Shown here: in pieces, positions 1 through 8,128 of the stretch
Numbering within the stretch: position 1 is the first letter of the stretch
How the letters are laid out: each line of letters starts with the position of its first letter
DNA from: a virus
Lineage: Duplodnaviria; Heunggongvirae; Uroviricota; Caudoviricetes
DNA length: 40,625 bases
Strand: one strand, 5' to 3'
Virus record (IMG/VR): IMGVR_UViG_2541047915_000011
The notes under the pieces: model-generated
What the model saw: only the letters and a program-made list of their open reading frames with translations
Databases searched by the model: none
What the model was told of the DNA's origin: nothing
Position numbers and translations under genes: made by a program

Positions 1-2148
1 TTACACCATACTGTTAACCTGGCCGGGTAATTCGCTAGCTGGAATACGAAAGGTATACCAGGCATAACGACAGCGTTTCCACAGGCTGGAGAAATGGAGA
101 TGATAAAGGCAATCTGCAATAATTTCGTTATCTGGATATAAAGACTCGGCAAAATGTGTCCAGCGCGCACTGAGTTTCATGTTAAACAGTTTTTCATCTT
201 CTTTGTTACCATACAGGCGCGACAAAGTAATCATTGCTTCGAGCGTACCTTTATTCGCTTCTTCTTGTACCTGTTGGAGGTGCAAATGAGCAAGTGAGAG
301 TTCTTTCACCTCAAAGATATTAAGTAAAAAAAGCCCCCATGCTTTTTCATGTCCAGCTTCATGAGCCAGAAATAAATTGTCAAGGAGATTTTTTTCATAA
401 ATAGCCCGTGTTTCTTTAGAAATTTCTTGTTTATTTAGTGCCTGGTAGCAGATAGCAATGCTAAAATAAATATTTTGTAGATCTTGTTGATGTTCGCTAT
501 AACCATAATTTTTTACCAGTGGATAAGATACCGAGCTATGGAAATTTAGGTCATCTTGAAGTATTTTAAGTGCCCGTCGAAAATACTCCAAAGCTGTAGA
601 TGGTTCATAAGGTAATTTTGTATTGTCTTCCTTATCCAAATATTCAAGAGCAACTAAATTTAATGCGGCAGGAATATTTCTTTGCTTACCAATTGTCGCA
701 AGCGGAATGAAATAATCAGAAAGGTCAAACCAACTCAAATCTTTTATTGCCGACCGCCAATTATGATTGTATTTAATGTCACTAGTTTTTTCCAGCCAAG
801 CATCGCCCTGCCCTTCATCTTTTTCAAAACCCAAAATACCCTCTCGCTGGAAAAACCCCCTATAAATAACAGGTGTAGCATAAGTTGTATTCTGTGAATT
901 TTGGCAGATAAAATTATATATCCAGAATGAATCTGGATAATAACTTAATGCAAATTTTATCGCGTACGCAGTGTAATAATTATTGAGCTTCATGTCTTCC
1001 ATCACCGCTCGCTGTATACAGCACCACAACTTATCGTGATCGTTCTGCTTGTTATAGCAGGCAAGTAACCACTCTAGGGCATTATGGCGACATTCCTGAA
1101 ATTGTGCGTACTGAGCAATATTCTCTGCTAAGTCGATTGCATATTGTTGCTCCTCGGGCGCAATGTCCTCAATGCTGACATCTCGGTAATCATCCCACCA
1201 AAGTAAGAGATCCATATAGTCATGTTCTTCGGTAGATAAGTGCTTACAGGTTACTGAATCCAGCAATTCGGAAATTTCTTTATGCGACCCTCCCCAGCGT
1301 GGCATTCGAAATGGTATATATTCAACAAAAGGATAAAAAGTGTGAGGAAAAATAGTCAGGCAAACAGAAAGCCAATATTTTTGCCCACCATCATCATCAT
1401 ACTCAGGAAGTATATTGGGGCGAGGCAAAACGGGGCATATTGCATGCTCAAACGAAAGTCCGGAATACGCCATCAACGCTTCCACTTCTTGCGGGGAGCG
1501 GCGGTGATAATTTTTCAGTGCGATCATTAATGGTATTCCTGCGACACTATCACCGTTAAGGTGTGCCGCCAGCCAGGCTGGCTGACCAAATACTTTTGAG
1601 TTGGTGCTGGTAAGTAATGCAGCCATCCATTGTCGTGGGTCACAATCAATTGCTTTAAGTGTAGCGATGACCATTTGTTCATTACATGCACCAGCACAAA
1701 GCCACATTGCATGTGTGGTATCATTTGCCCAGCCATAACTGCGATATAACCATGCACGGTGATTCCAGTATTGTGCTTCGGCAAGCCAGGCATGTGTAGA
1801 ATGAGGTCTTGCTTGCTGCCAGGTTTTAATGAGTCTTAAACCTTCTGTTCCGGCATCAACTAGCGTGTTCATATCATAAAAATAGTTGCACATTTGGGTC
1901 CAGGATAAAAAATAGCGCTTTTCAGCCTGACGAGAAGTGAAACTCTCCTGTAATACCTGGTTATAAATTTCATCTAGTTCCTGATAACGTTTTTCTTGTA
2001 ACATATAAGGAATATTTGCGATTTGCCATTTTCTCTCAAGAGTATTAAGTGGCATTTTTTGGTCACACATCTTTTGCATTGCACTGAGTAAACGAGCATC
2101 CTGTTCCATAGATATCCTTTTAATTAGGTTCAAAAATTTTAAATTCAT
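1..2148 (-). CDS. Hypothetical large protein (715 aa by longest ORF; an internal ATG at about 2109 with an AAGGA Shine-Dalgarno would give about 702 aa). Trp-rich N-terminal region, TPR/Sel1-like helical repeats in the C-terminal third. Distal gene of a 3-gene operon.
   Basis: Complete ORF with stop at 1-3. Overlaps or abuts the upstream 238-aa gene. AT-rich relative to yegQ. No family assigned from sequence alone. Confidence 0.6.
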   Translation of the reverse strand: MNLKFLNLIKRISMEQDARLLSAMQKMCDQKMPLNTLERKWQIANIPYMLQEKRYQELDEIYNQVLQESFTSRQAEKRYFLSWTQMCNYFYDMNTLVDAGTEGLRLIKTWQQARPHSTHAWLAEAQYWNHRAWLYRSYGWANDTTHAMWLCAGACNEQMVIATLKAIDCDPRQWMAALLTSTNSKVFGQPAWLAAHLNGDSVAGIPLMIALKNYHRRSPQEVEALMAYSGLSFEHAICPVLPRPNILPEYDDDGGQKYWLSVCLTIFPHTFYPFVEYIPFRMPRWGGSHKEISELLDSVTCKHLSTEEHDYMDLLLWWDDYRDVSIEDIAPEEQQYAIDLAENIAQYAQFQECRHNALEWLLACYNKQNDHDKLWCCIQRAVMEDMKLNNYYTAYAIKFALSYYPDSFWIYNFICQNSQNTTYATPVIYRGFFQREGILGFEKDEGQGDAWLEKTSDIKYNHNWRSAIKDLSWFDLSDYFIPLATIGKQRNIPAALNLVALEYLDKEDNTKLPYEPSTALEYFRRALKILQDDLNFHSSVSYPLVKNYGYSEHQQDLQNIYFSIAICYQALNKQEISKETRAIYEKNLLDNLFLAHEAGHEKAWGLFLLNIFEVKELSLAHLHLQQVQEEANKGTLEAMITLSRLYGNKEDEKLFNMKLSARWTHFAESLYPDNEIIADCLYHLHFSSLWKRCRYAWYTFRIPASELPGQVNSMV

Positions 2149-2836
2149 TCCACGGCAATTTTTTCCAGTTACTGGATGGATCTTTCAACCATGCAGTGAC
2201 TTCCTTTAAATCACGGTTCGCAGTGGCGACGGGGGTATCGTATATCATTAACCATTTTTGTCGGGCGCGAACATAAGCACTGGCATAATCTTCCCATGAA
2301 GCGAAACAATCTTGTGCTCTTTGAGCATTCAGTAATAACACTATCCAGGCCTGGTTTTCATCGCACCAGCCTAAACCGGCGATGCAACGAGTTAAAAAAG
2401 CAGTGCGCATACAGTCAAACGCCAGCCCATCCAGAACCTGGCCTTGTGCTGCCAGTTGTTCGTAAAAATCATGTGGAGAATTACCAAGCCCTGTAGCCCA
2501 GCGCTGTAATATAACGCCAATTTGTTGACGGAAATCTTCGTTGCTTTGGTAAGTTTCTGTTCCTAGCTCTTGTTTAACCTGTAGTGCAAGTTGTTGACGC
2601 TTATCATCAGTCAACTTTAAATCTAACGTGAAGCCATTTACTGACAGTCCATTACGACGAGCAACTATATCACCAATTGCTAATGCCCACTTACGTCTCT
2701 TTGTTGCTCGTCTTTTGTCCTTGATTAGATCCTTTTCTTTTTCTTTAGCAATAAAAGCATCGATTTGTGGTTTGTTTTTTTTGTATCTATAGATAAAAAT
2801 AAATATTGCGACCAGGAGAACAATGATAAGACTCAT
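2120..2836 (-). CDS. Hypothetical protein, 238 aa, with N-terminal hydrophobic signal-anchor/TM segment (LIIVLLVAIFIFIY) followed by a basic stretch
   Basis: ORF track. Start overlaps the stop of the upstream 404-aa gene (TAATG-type overlap at 2834-2838), suggesting translational coupling. Confidence 0.6.
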   Translation of the reverse strand: MSLIIVLLVAIFIFIYRYKKNKPQIDAFIAKEKEKDLIKDKRRATKRRKWALAIGDIVARRNGLSVNGFTLDLKLTDDKRQQLALQVKQELGTETYQSNEDFRQQIGVILQRWATGLGNSPHDFYEQLAAQGQVLDGLAFDCMRTAFLTRCIAGLGWCDENQAWIVLLLNAQRAQDCFASWEDYASAYVRARQKWLMIYDTPVATANRDLKEVTAWLKDPSSNWKKLPWNEFKIFEPN

Positions 2837-4050
2837 TATTTTTCAACCTCTGACAGGGGTAAGTAATGAGATGTCTGTAATGTCAAACTCTCTATCTCAA
2901 AGGAAATGTTGCTGATATTTTGACCTGCAAATTGCGGATGCCACTCAGCGCCAGGGAATAACATTTCCGCAGAAGTAGCAACTATAGGGTCAATAGCATT
3001 AAGATAATGTAACTTATCAGGTGCGCTGTGTAACAGTAACCACTGCAACTCCACTGAAGGATTTGTAAAATGTTCTAATAAATGAAAGTTATTATGTAGT
3101 ACGCTTAGTAAAAAACTGGTTTCGTATACTTCCGTTGCATATTTCCACCCCTGATATTCAGGTGTATTTTCATAAACAATACCCATACCTTCACAATCAC
3201 TATGTCGAACTGCTTGTGGTGATAATAGTTGCAAAAGAGACAAAACATCGTCCGCATATTTTTTAACTGGATGACGATTTTGCTTACCTTTTATTTGATC
3301 AATTTCAAGTGAATCACCAACAACATTGAGAGCAATAGTAACATGAGGAATATTATTATTATCACGCAAACTGAATAACCGTAATTTATGTTGCTCAATT
3401 TGATTTGCATAATACTCACCATAACCACCGGTAAGATTTTTTCGATCATCAAACTGGCCTACGCAATGTTGCATATGCCATGATTCATAAGCCATTTCAC
3501 GACGAAGGTTCGAATGACTGGCATCAAACTCAACAATTTTTCCGTCTGGCACATCAAGTATTGACTTTACAGTATTTTGTTCACTCGGCTGCCACCCTTT
3601 CTCGCGTCGTTGAAGCATCTTTTCATGCTCTTCTTCACGCATTCTGAACGCAACGTAGCAGGTTATGCGCTGTAGTTTTGATTCCAGACGGGTACCACAT
3701 TTCCTGGAAAGAAATTCCACCAACTCCCGTTCTTTGGTTAATATTTGTTGATGATCGGTTTCGATATAATAAAGTGTCGCAGTTGATACTGAGGCAGTAT
3801 TAAACTTCGATACCAGCCATTCCGGGATTACATCATCATTTTTATTAAACAGTGAATATTCTGCAAGCGAGTTAATTTGTTGCACCATTGGAAAGTCACT
3901 AATTAGCCATCGATAAAAATGGTTGAGTAACCATTTTTGGATGGTCTCATTATCCTGGCGAAACAGACTTCTTTGCAAAATTGCTGTTTTTACTTCCGGG
4001 GCATTAATTACATCCCTTGCATTATAATTCTGGTGAATATTTCCAGTCAT
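2836..4050 (-). CDS. Hypothetical protein, 404 aa, first gene of the 3-gene operon
   Basis: ORF track. Preceded by a 487-bp AT-rich intergenic region (4051-4537). Contains an HCVGQF...GGYGEYY segment. No confident family call. Confidence 0.6.
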   Translation of the reverse strand: MTGNIHQNYNARDVINAPEVKTAILQRSLFRQDNETIQKWLLNHFYRWLISDFPMVQQINSLAEYSLFNKNDDVIPEWLVSKFNTASVSTATLYYIETDHQQILTKERELVEFLSRKCGTRLESKLQRITCYVAFRMREEEHEKMLQRREKGWQPSEQNTVKSILDVPDGKIVEFDASHSNLRREMAYESWHMQHCVGQFDDRKNLTGGYGEYYANQIEQHKLRLFSLRDNNNIPHVTIALNVVGDSLEIDQIKGKQNRHPVKKYADDVLSLLQLLSPQAVRHSDCEGMGIVYENTPEYQGWKYATEVYETSFLLSVLHNNFHLLEHFTNPSVELQWLLLHSAPDKLHYLNAIDPIVATSAEMLFPGAEWHPQFAGQNISNISFEIESLTLQTSHYLPLSEVEK

Positions 4051-4537
4051 AACATCCGCCCGTGTTTATTATATCACTCAAAGCAATAATTGTTGACTAT
4101 AGATTTTTTATCTAAATCAGCATGGTTGCAGGTACATACTCAAGTAAGCCACTCAAGAAAATAACGTAAACTCAATAGTGGCAGCGTCACAAACTTTGGA
4201 AATTATGTCTTATATTTGCAGTTTATTTTAGTGAATAATTGAGATAAATGACATTATTTTACATCCTCAATAATTCAGGCTGTAAGAGGACGGCAAATAC
4301 ATTCATAATTATCAGGGGATGAACATTCAGGAAAGTAGTCAGTATCGTCAACTTTTTCTTTTATCACTACATGAAGATTTCGTGTAGATACTCCCATCTC
4401 TGCCACTTCTCCCCTCACATTTACACTGGAGCTAAACCCGCCGATTGCGCTACAATGCCCGCCCTTAAAGTGGGGGCACTCCCCTAACCGCTTCATCAGG
4501 TGAAGCGGCTCTGACCTGTCATCAGAACGAGAGAATT

Positions 4538-5899
4538 ATGTTTAAACCGGAACTCCTTTCCCCGGCGGGAACGCTGAAAAATATGCGTTACGCTTTCGCT
4601 TATGGCGCAGATGCTGTTTATGCGGGCCAGCCGCGTTACTCCCTGCGTGTACGCAACAACGAATTCAACCACGAAAATCTTCAGCTCGGCATCAATGAAG
4701 CCCACGCGCTGGGGAAAAAGTTTTATGTCGTGGTCAACATTGCACCGCACAACGCCAAGCTGAAAACCTTTATCCGTGACCTGAAACCGGTGGTGGAAAT
4801 GGGGCCGGATGCGCTGATTATGTCCGATCCAGGGCTGATTATGCTGGTGCGTGAACACTTCCCGGAAATGCCAATCCACCTCTCGGTACAGGCTAACGCC
4901 GTAAACTGGGCGACGGTGAAATTCTGGCAGCAAATGGGTCTGACCCGCGTGATCCTCTCTCGCGAACTGTCACTGGAAGAGATTGAAGAGATCCGCAATC
5001 AGGTGCCGGATATGGAGATCGAAATCTTCGTTCACGGCGCGCTGTGCATGGCCTACTCCGGTCGCTGCCTGCTCTCTGGCTATATCAACAAGCGCGACCC
5101 GAACCAGGGCACCTGCACCAACGCCTGCCGCTGGGAGTACAATGTCCAGGAAGGGAAAGAAGATGACGTCGGCAACATCGTACACAAGTACGAGCCGATT
5201 CCGGTGCAAAATGTTGAGCCGACGCTGGGTATCGGCGCGCCAACCGACAAAGTGTTTATGATCGAAGAAGCCCAGCGTCCGGGCGAGTATATGACCGCGT
5301 TTGAAGATGAGCACGGCACTTACATCATGAACTCGAAAGATCTGCGCGCCATCGCCCATGTTGAACGCCTGACCAAAATGGGCGTGCATTCGCTGAAAAT
5401 CGAAGGCCGTACCAAATCTTTCTACTATTGCGCACGCACCGCGCAGGTTTACCGTAAAGCTATCGATGACGCCGCTGCGGGCAAACCGTTCGATACCAGC
5501 CTGCTGGAAACGCTGGAAGGTCTGGCGCATCGTGGCTATACCGAAGGTTTCCTGCGTCGTCATACCCACGACGATTATCAGAACTACGAATACGGTTATT
5601 CGGTTTCTGACCGCCAGCAGTTTGTTGGTGAGTTTACCGGTGAGCGCAAGGGGGAGCTCGCGGCGGTAGCGGTGAAAAATAAATTCTCCGTTGGCGACAG
5701 CCTTGAGCTGATGACGCCGCAAGGCAACATTAACTTTACCCTTGAGCATATGGAAAACGCCAAAGGTGAAGCGATGCCGGTCGCACCAGGCGATGGTTAT
5801 ACTGTGTGGCTCCCGGTGCCGCAGGATCTTGAGCTAAATTACGCGCTGCTGATGCGTAATTTCTCCGGGGAAACCACGCGTAACCCCCACGGTAAGTGA
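4538..5899 (+). CDS. yegQ: Peptidase U32 family protein YegQ (also called TrhP)
   Basis: 453-aa ORF whose sequence matches my recollection of E. coli YegQ over its length. Sits immediately upstream of CyaR as in E. coli. Confidence 0.9.
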   Translation: MFKPELLSPAGTLKNMRYAFAYGADAVYAGQPRYSLRVRNNEFNHENLQLGINEAHALGKKFYVVVNIAPHNAKLKTFIRDLKPVVEMGPDALIMSDPGLIMLVREHFPEMPIHLSVQANAVNWATVKFWQQMGLTRVILSRELSLEEIEEIRNQVPDMEIEIFVHGALCMAYSGRCLLSGYINKRDPNQGTCTNACRWEYNVQEGKEDDVGNIVHKYEPIPVQNVEPTLGIGAPTDKVFMIEEAQRPGEYMTAFEDEHGTYIMNSKDLRAIAHVERLTKMGVHSLKIEGRTKSFYYCARTAQVYRKAIDDAAAGKPFDTSLLETLEGLAHRGYTEGFLRRHTHDDYQNYEYGYSVSDRQQFVGEFTGERKGELAAVAVKNKFSVGDSLELMTPQGNINFTLEHMENAKGEAMPVAPGDGYTVWLPVPQDLELNYALLMRNFSGETTRNPHGK

Positions 5900-5939
5900 T
5901 TAATTTCGATTATTTTTCCCGGATGGAAAATTCTTAGAA

Positions 5940-5983
5940 ACCGATCACATACAGCTGCATTTATTAAGGTTATCATCCGTTTC
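5940..5983 (+). promoter_or_regulatory. Putative cyaR promoter region (CRP-dependent in E. coli)
   Basis: TATCAT -10-like hexamer at about 5971-5976, about 7 nt before the sRNA 5' end, and a TCACA half-site upstream. CyaR is known to be CRP-activated. Position inferred, not verified. Confidence 0.3.
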
Positions 5984-6070
5984 GCTGAAAAACATAACCC
6001 ATAAAATGCTAGCTGTACCAGGAACCACCTCCTTAGCCTGTGTAATCTCCCTTACACGGGCTTATTTTTT
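5984..6070 (+). ncRNA. cyaR: CyaR (RyeE) Hfq-dependent small RNA
   Basis: Sequence GCTGAAAAACATAACCC...ACCTCCTTAGCC...CCCTTACACGGGCTTATTTTTT matches my recollection of E. coli CyaR, including the CCUCCU seed and an intrinsic terminator. Lies between yegQ and ogr as in E. coli K-12. Confidence 0.7.
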
Positions 6071-6078
6071 ATGCATAA
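6044..6078. repeat. 35-bp direct repeat, copy 1 (prophage att core, ogr-proximal junction)
   Basis: AATCTCCCTTACACGGGCTTATTTTTTATGCATAA is identical to 39953-39987. Overlaps the CyaR terminator. Confidence 0.75.
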
Positions 6079-6133
6079 TCAATTGAAATAAAAGGATTTA
6101 TTTCTGGTCACGTCCACACATTGACCACATCGA

Positions 6134-6167
6134 CAAAAAAGCCCCTCGACTGAGGGGCTTTCTGTTT
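6134..6167. terminator. Bidirectional intrinsic terminator downstream of ogr
   Basis: A-run, GCCCCTC / GAGGGGC stem with GACT loop, then TTTCTGTTT. The A-run gives the U-tract for the minus-strand ogr transcript. Confidence 0.6.
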
Positions 6168-6171
6168 GTAA

Positions 6172-6390
6172 TTACATCCACATAATTTGCTGCCCTGACG
6201 GCAACGGGTGCGGCCTCACGGCGTGGACTTCTCCCGGCTTCACGATGTATCGCTGTACCGACTCATAAGTGATGAACGTGGCGCTGCAATTCACGTTCTG
6301 ACACTGGTGATAACGCTCTTTTGTCATGTCAGTGATATAGCGACTTGTACGCGCATGTGCGGCATGCTGGCATAAAGGACAATGAAACAT
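6172..6390 (-). CDS. ogr: Ogr, zinc-finger late-gene transcription activator (72 aa)
   Basis: MFHCPLCQHAAHARTSRYI... matches P2 Ogr. Start set at the internal ATG (6388-6390), which has an AAGAGGTG Shine-Dalgarno. The ORF-track extension to 6453 is probably not translated. Confidence 0.9.
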   Translation of the reverse strand: MFHCPLCQHAAHARTSRYITDMTKERYHQCQNVNCSATFITYESVQRYIVKPGEVHAVRPHPLPSGQQIMWM

Positions 6391-6471
6391 CGCGAGCACC
6401 TCTTCCGGTTTTGTTGATGGTGCCATTTTAGTTAATTTATCCTTATAAAACAAACAGATAAATAAATCATA

Positions 6472-7635
6472 TCACTCATCATCTTCTGTTTCGTACTCCA
6501 CATCAGAAAGCCTGACCTCAAGCTCTAAGGACGTCGTGAAGCCGCTATTATTCAGAAAATGTGTCACCTTAGTGATTGTCCAGTCCTGCTCGTCTATGAC
6601 GCGCTTAAAGCCTGACACTTTGACCGGCGTTTCCGTGTAAATATCTGCACGACCGGTAGCCAGGCTGATGGAGAACTCCGCAACGCCCCGTTGCAGCTTA
6701 TCCCACTTCGCCTGAGCGGCGCGCATGGCCTGCGCTTTCGTGGCATATACCGTGGTCAGGGCAAAAACGTTGTCAGCCTCACCGGCCATATATTCACCTT
6801 CGCGCGCTTCCGGTACTTTTGGCGCTTTCTTCTGCGTGACCGGTTTCGCTTTGGGGTGCTCCAGTGCGCGCAGGTGTTTTTCTTTCTTTTTGCGTTTCAG
6901 TTTTACCTTCTGCTTTTGAGGCTTCGGGTCTTTAGTGTGTAGCCATTTTGCCGTTACACCGGTGTAGGCTCCACGGTCAGCAATCGCAAAATGATGACGG
7001 TCGCCGTCGCTGCGGGTGATGATGACCTGCGGGATTTTCTTACCGCTGGCCGTCACCCCCCGCCCCACCTTAAGAAATAACAGTTTTCCCATTTTTACCG
7101 ACACCTCACCGCCGTTGCGTTCAGCAAGGCGGGTCAGGAATTTTGCATCAGACTCCTGCGACTGGTCGATGTGCGGGATTTTAATTCCGGCCAGTGACGG
7201 AGCAACACTGGCTTCCAGCTTGTTACGGGAGGCTATCGCCTCAACAATCGTACCGAGCGTGGTGTCATGCCAGGAGCCTTCCCGGCGGGAATTGAGCGTC
7301 CCGCGAAAATCTGCACTCCGGGCGCGGATGGTGACCACATCCGGCGCGCCCCGGTGTTCTACCTCATCAACGGTAAATTTCCCTTTGCATACCAGGGCAA
7401 AACCTTTCCAGCCGATATACACCGTCAGAACAGCACCACGAACCGGCAGCCCGACCTGCCCGTCGGCATCGTTCAGTTCAATATCAAGCTGGTCAGCCTC
7501 AAAGCCCCGGTTATCCGTCAGGGTCATGCTCATCAGACGGTCGCTGATATTGCCGGTAATATCCCTGCTGTCGAGCATCAGCATGTAATCCGGCGTCAGC
7601 GTACTGCCTGCATCAAATGTCAGTGCATCCAGCAT
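6472..7635 (-). CDS. D: Tail protein gpD
   Basis: 387 aa, position and length as P2 D. Confidence 0.9.
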   Translation of the reverse strand: MLDALTFDAGSTLTPDYMLMLDSRDITGNISDRLMSMTLTDNRGFEADQLDIELNDADGQVGLPVRGAVLTVYIGWKGFALVCKGKFTVDEVEHRGAPDVVTIRARSADFRGTLNSRREGSWHDTTLGTIVEAIASRNKLEASVAPSLAGIKIPHIDQSQESDAKFLTRLAERNGGEVSVKMGKLLFLKVGRGVTASGKKIPQVIITRSDGDRHHFAIADRGAYTGVTAKWLHTKDPKPQKQKVKLKRKKKEKHLRALEHPKAKPVTQKKAPKVPEAREGEYMAGEADNVFALTTVYATKAQAMRAAQAKWDKLQRGVAEFSISLATGRADIYTETPVKVSGFKRVIDEQDWTITKVTHFLNNSGFTTSLELEVRLSDVEYETEDDE

Positions 7636-8114
7636 TATCCCGCCCCCGTCATACCCGTGAATTTAGTCGCCATACTGCCAGCCTTACCGATGAGCGATTC
7701 CGCCTGTTTACCGATATCGCCATAAAGCGCGGCCAGTGATTCATCAACGCGGGTGAGCGACAGCGTAAAATCAATTTTTCGGGGTGTGCCGTCTGCAAAG
7801 AAAATACTCCCTGTTTCACTCACCTTGCTGATGACATACATGCCGTAAATCATGCCTGTGCCATCCAGCAACGGCCACGCCCGGCCTTCCTCTGCCATCA
7901 GCCTGAGCGTGGTCATCGTCAGCTTTCCGCCGGTCAGTTCGGGATAAAGCACACCGGCAAGCGTGATGTTTTCCTCGCCAACACCGAGAAACTGAAAGGC
8001 ATCCCGTTTACCGATACGGGAATTTGACGGCCAGCGATAATCTGATTCACGCTGCATGGTCTGGTGTGGCAGCGTCTGGCGCATAAAAACAAACATACCT
8101 AACGCGAGCATCAT
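7635..8114 (-). CDS. U: Tail protein gpU
   Basis: 159 aa, between T and D as in P2. Confidence 0.85.
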   Translation of the reverse strand: MMLALGMFVFMRQTLPHQTMQRESDYRWPSNSRIGKRDAFQFLGVGEENITLAGVLYPELTGGKLTMTTLRLMAEEGRAWPLLDGTGMIYGMYVISKVSETGSIFFADGTPRKIDFTLSLTRVDESLAALYGDIGKQAESLIGKAGSMATKFTGMTGAG

Positions 8115-8128
8115 TTTTCGTCACCTCC

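Noticed and set aside
4484-4504. Hairpin CCGCTTCA / TGAAGCGG immediately upstream of the yegQ start.
   Set aside because: No adjacent U-tract. It could be a leader structure or the remnant terminator of an absent upstream gene, with too little evidence to annotate.
4275-4933. Minus-strand ORFs of 73 and 145 aa upstream of and overlapping the yegQ start.
   Set aside because: One sits in the AT-rich leader of the 3-gene operon with no recognisable start context, the other is antisense to the yegQ 5' end. Neither shows motifs or a Shine-Dalgarno sequence.
5984-6078. Looked for a tRNA at the prophage attachment site, since P2-like and P4-like elements often target tRNA genes.
   Set aside because: No cloverleaf-compatible sequence is present. 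The att core overlaps the terminator of the CyaR sRNA instead.
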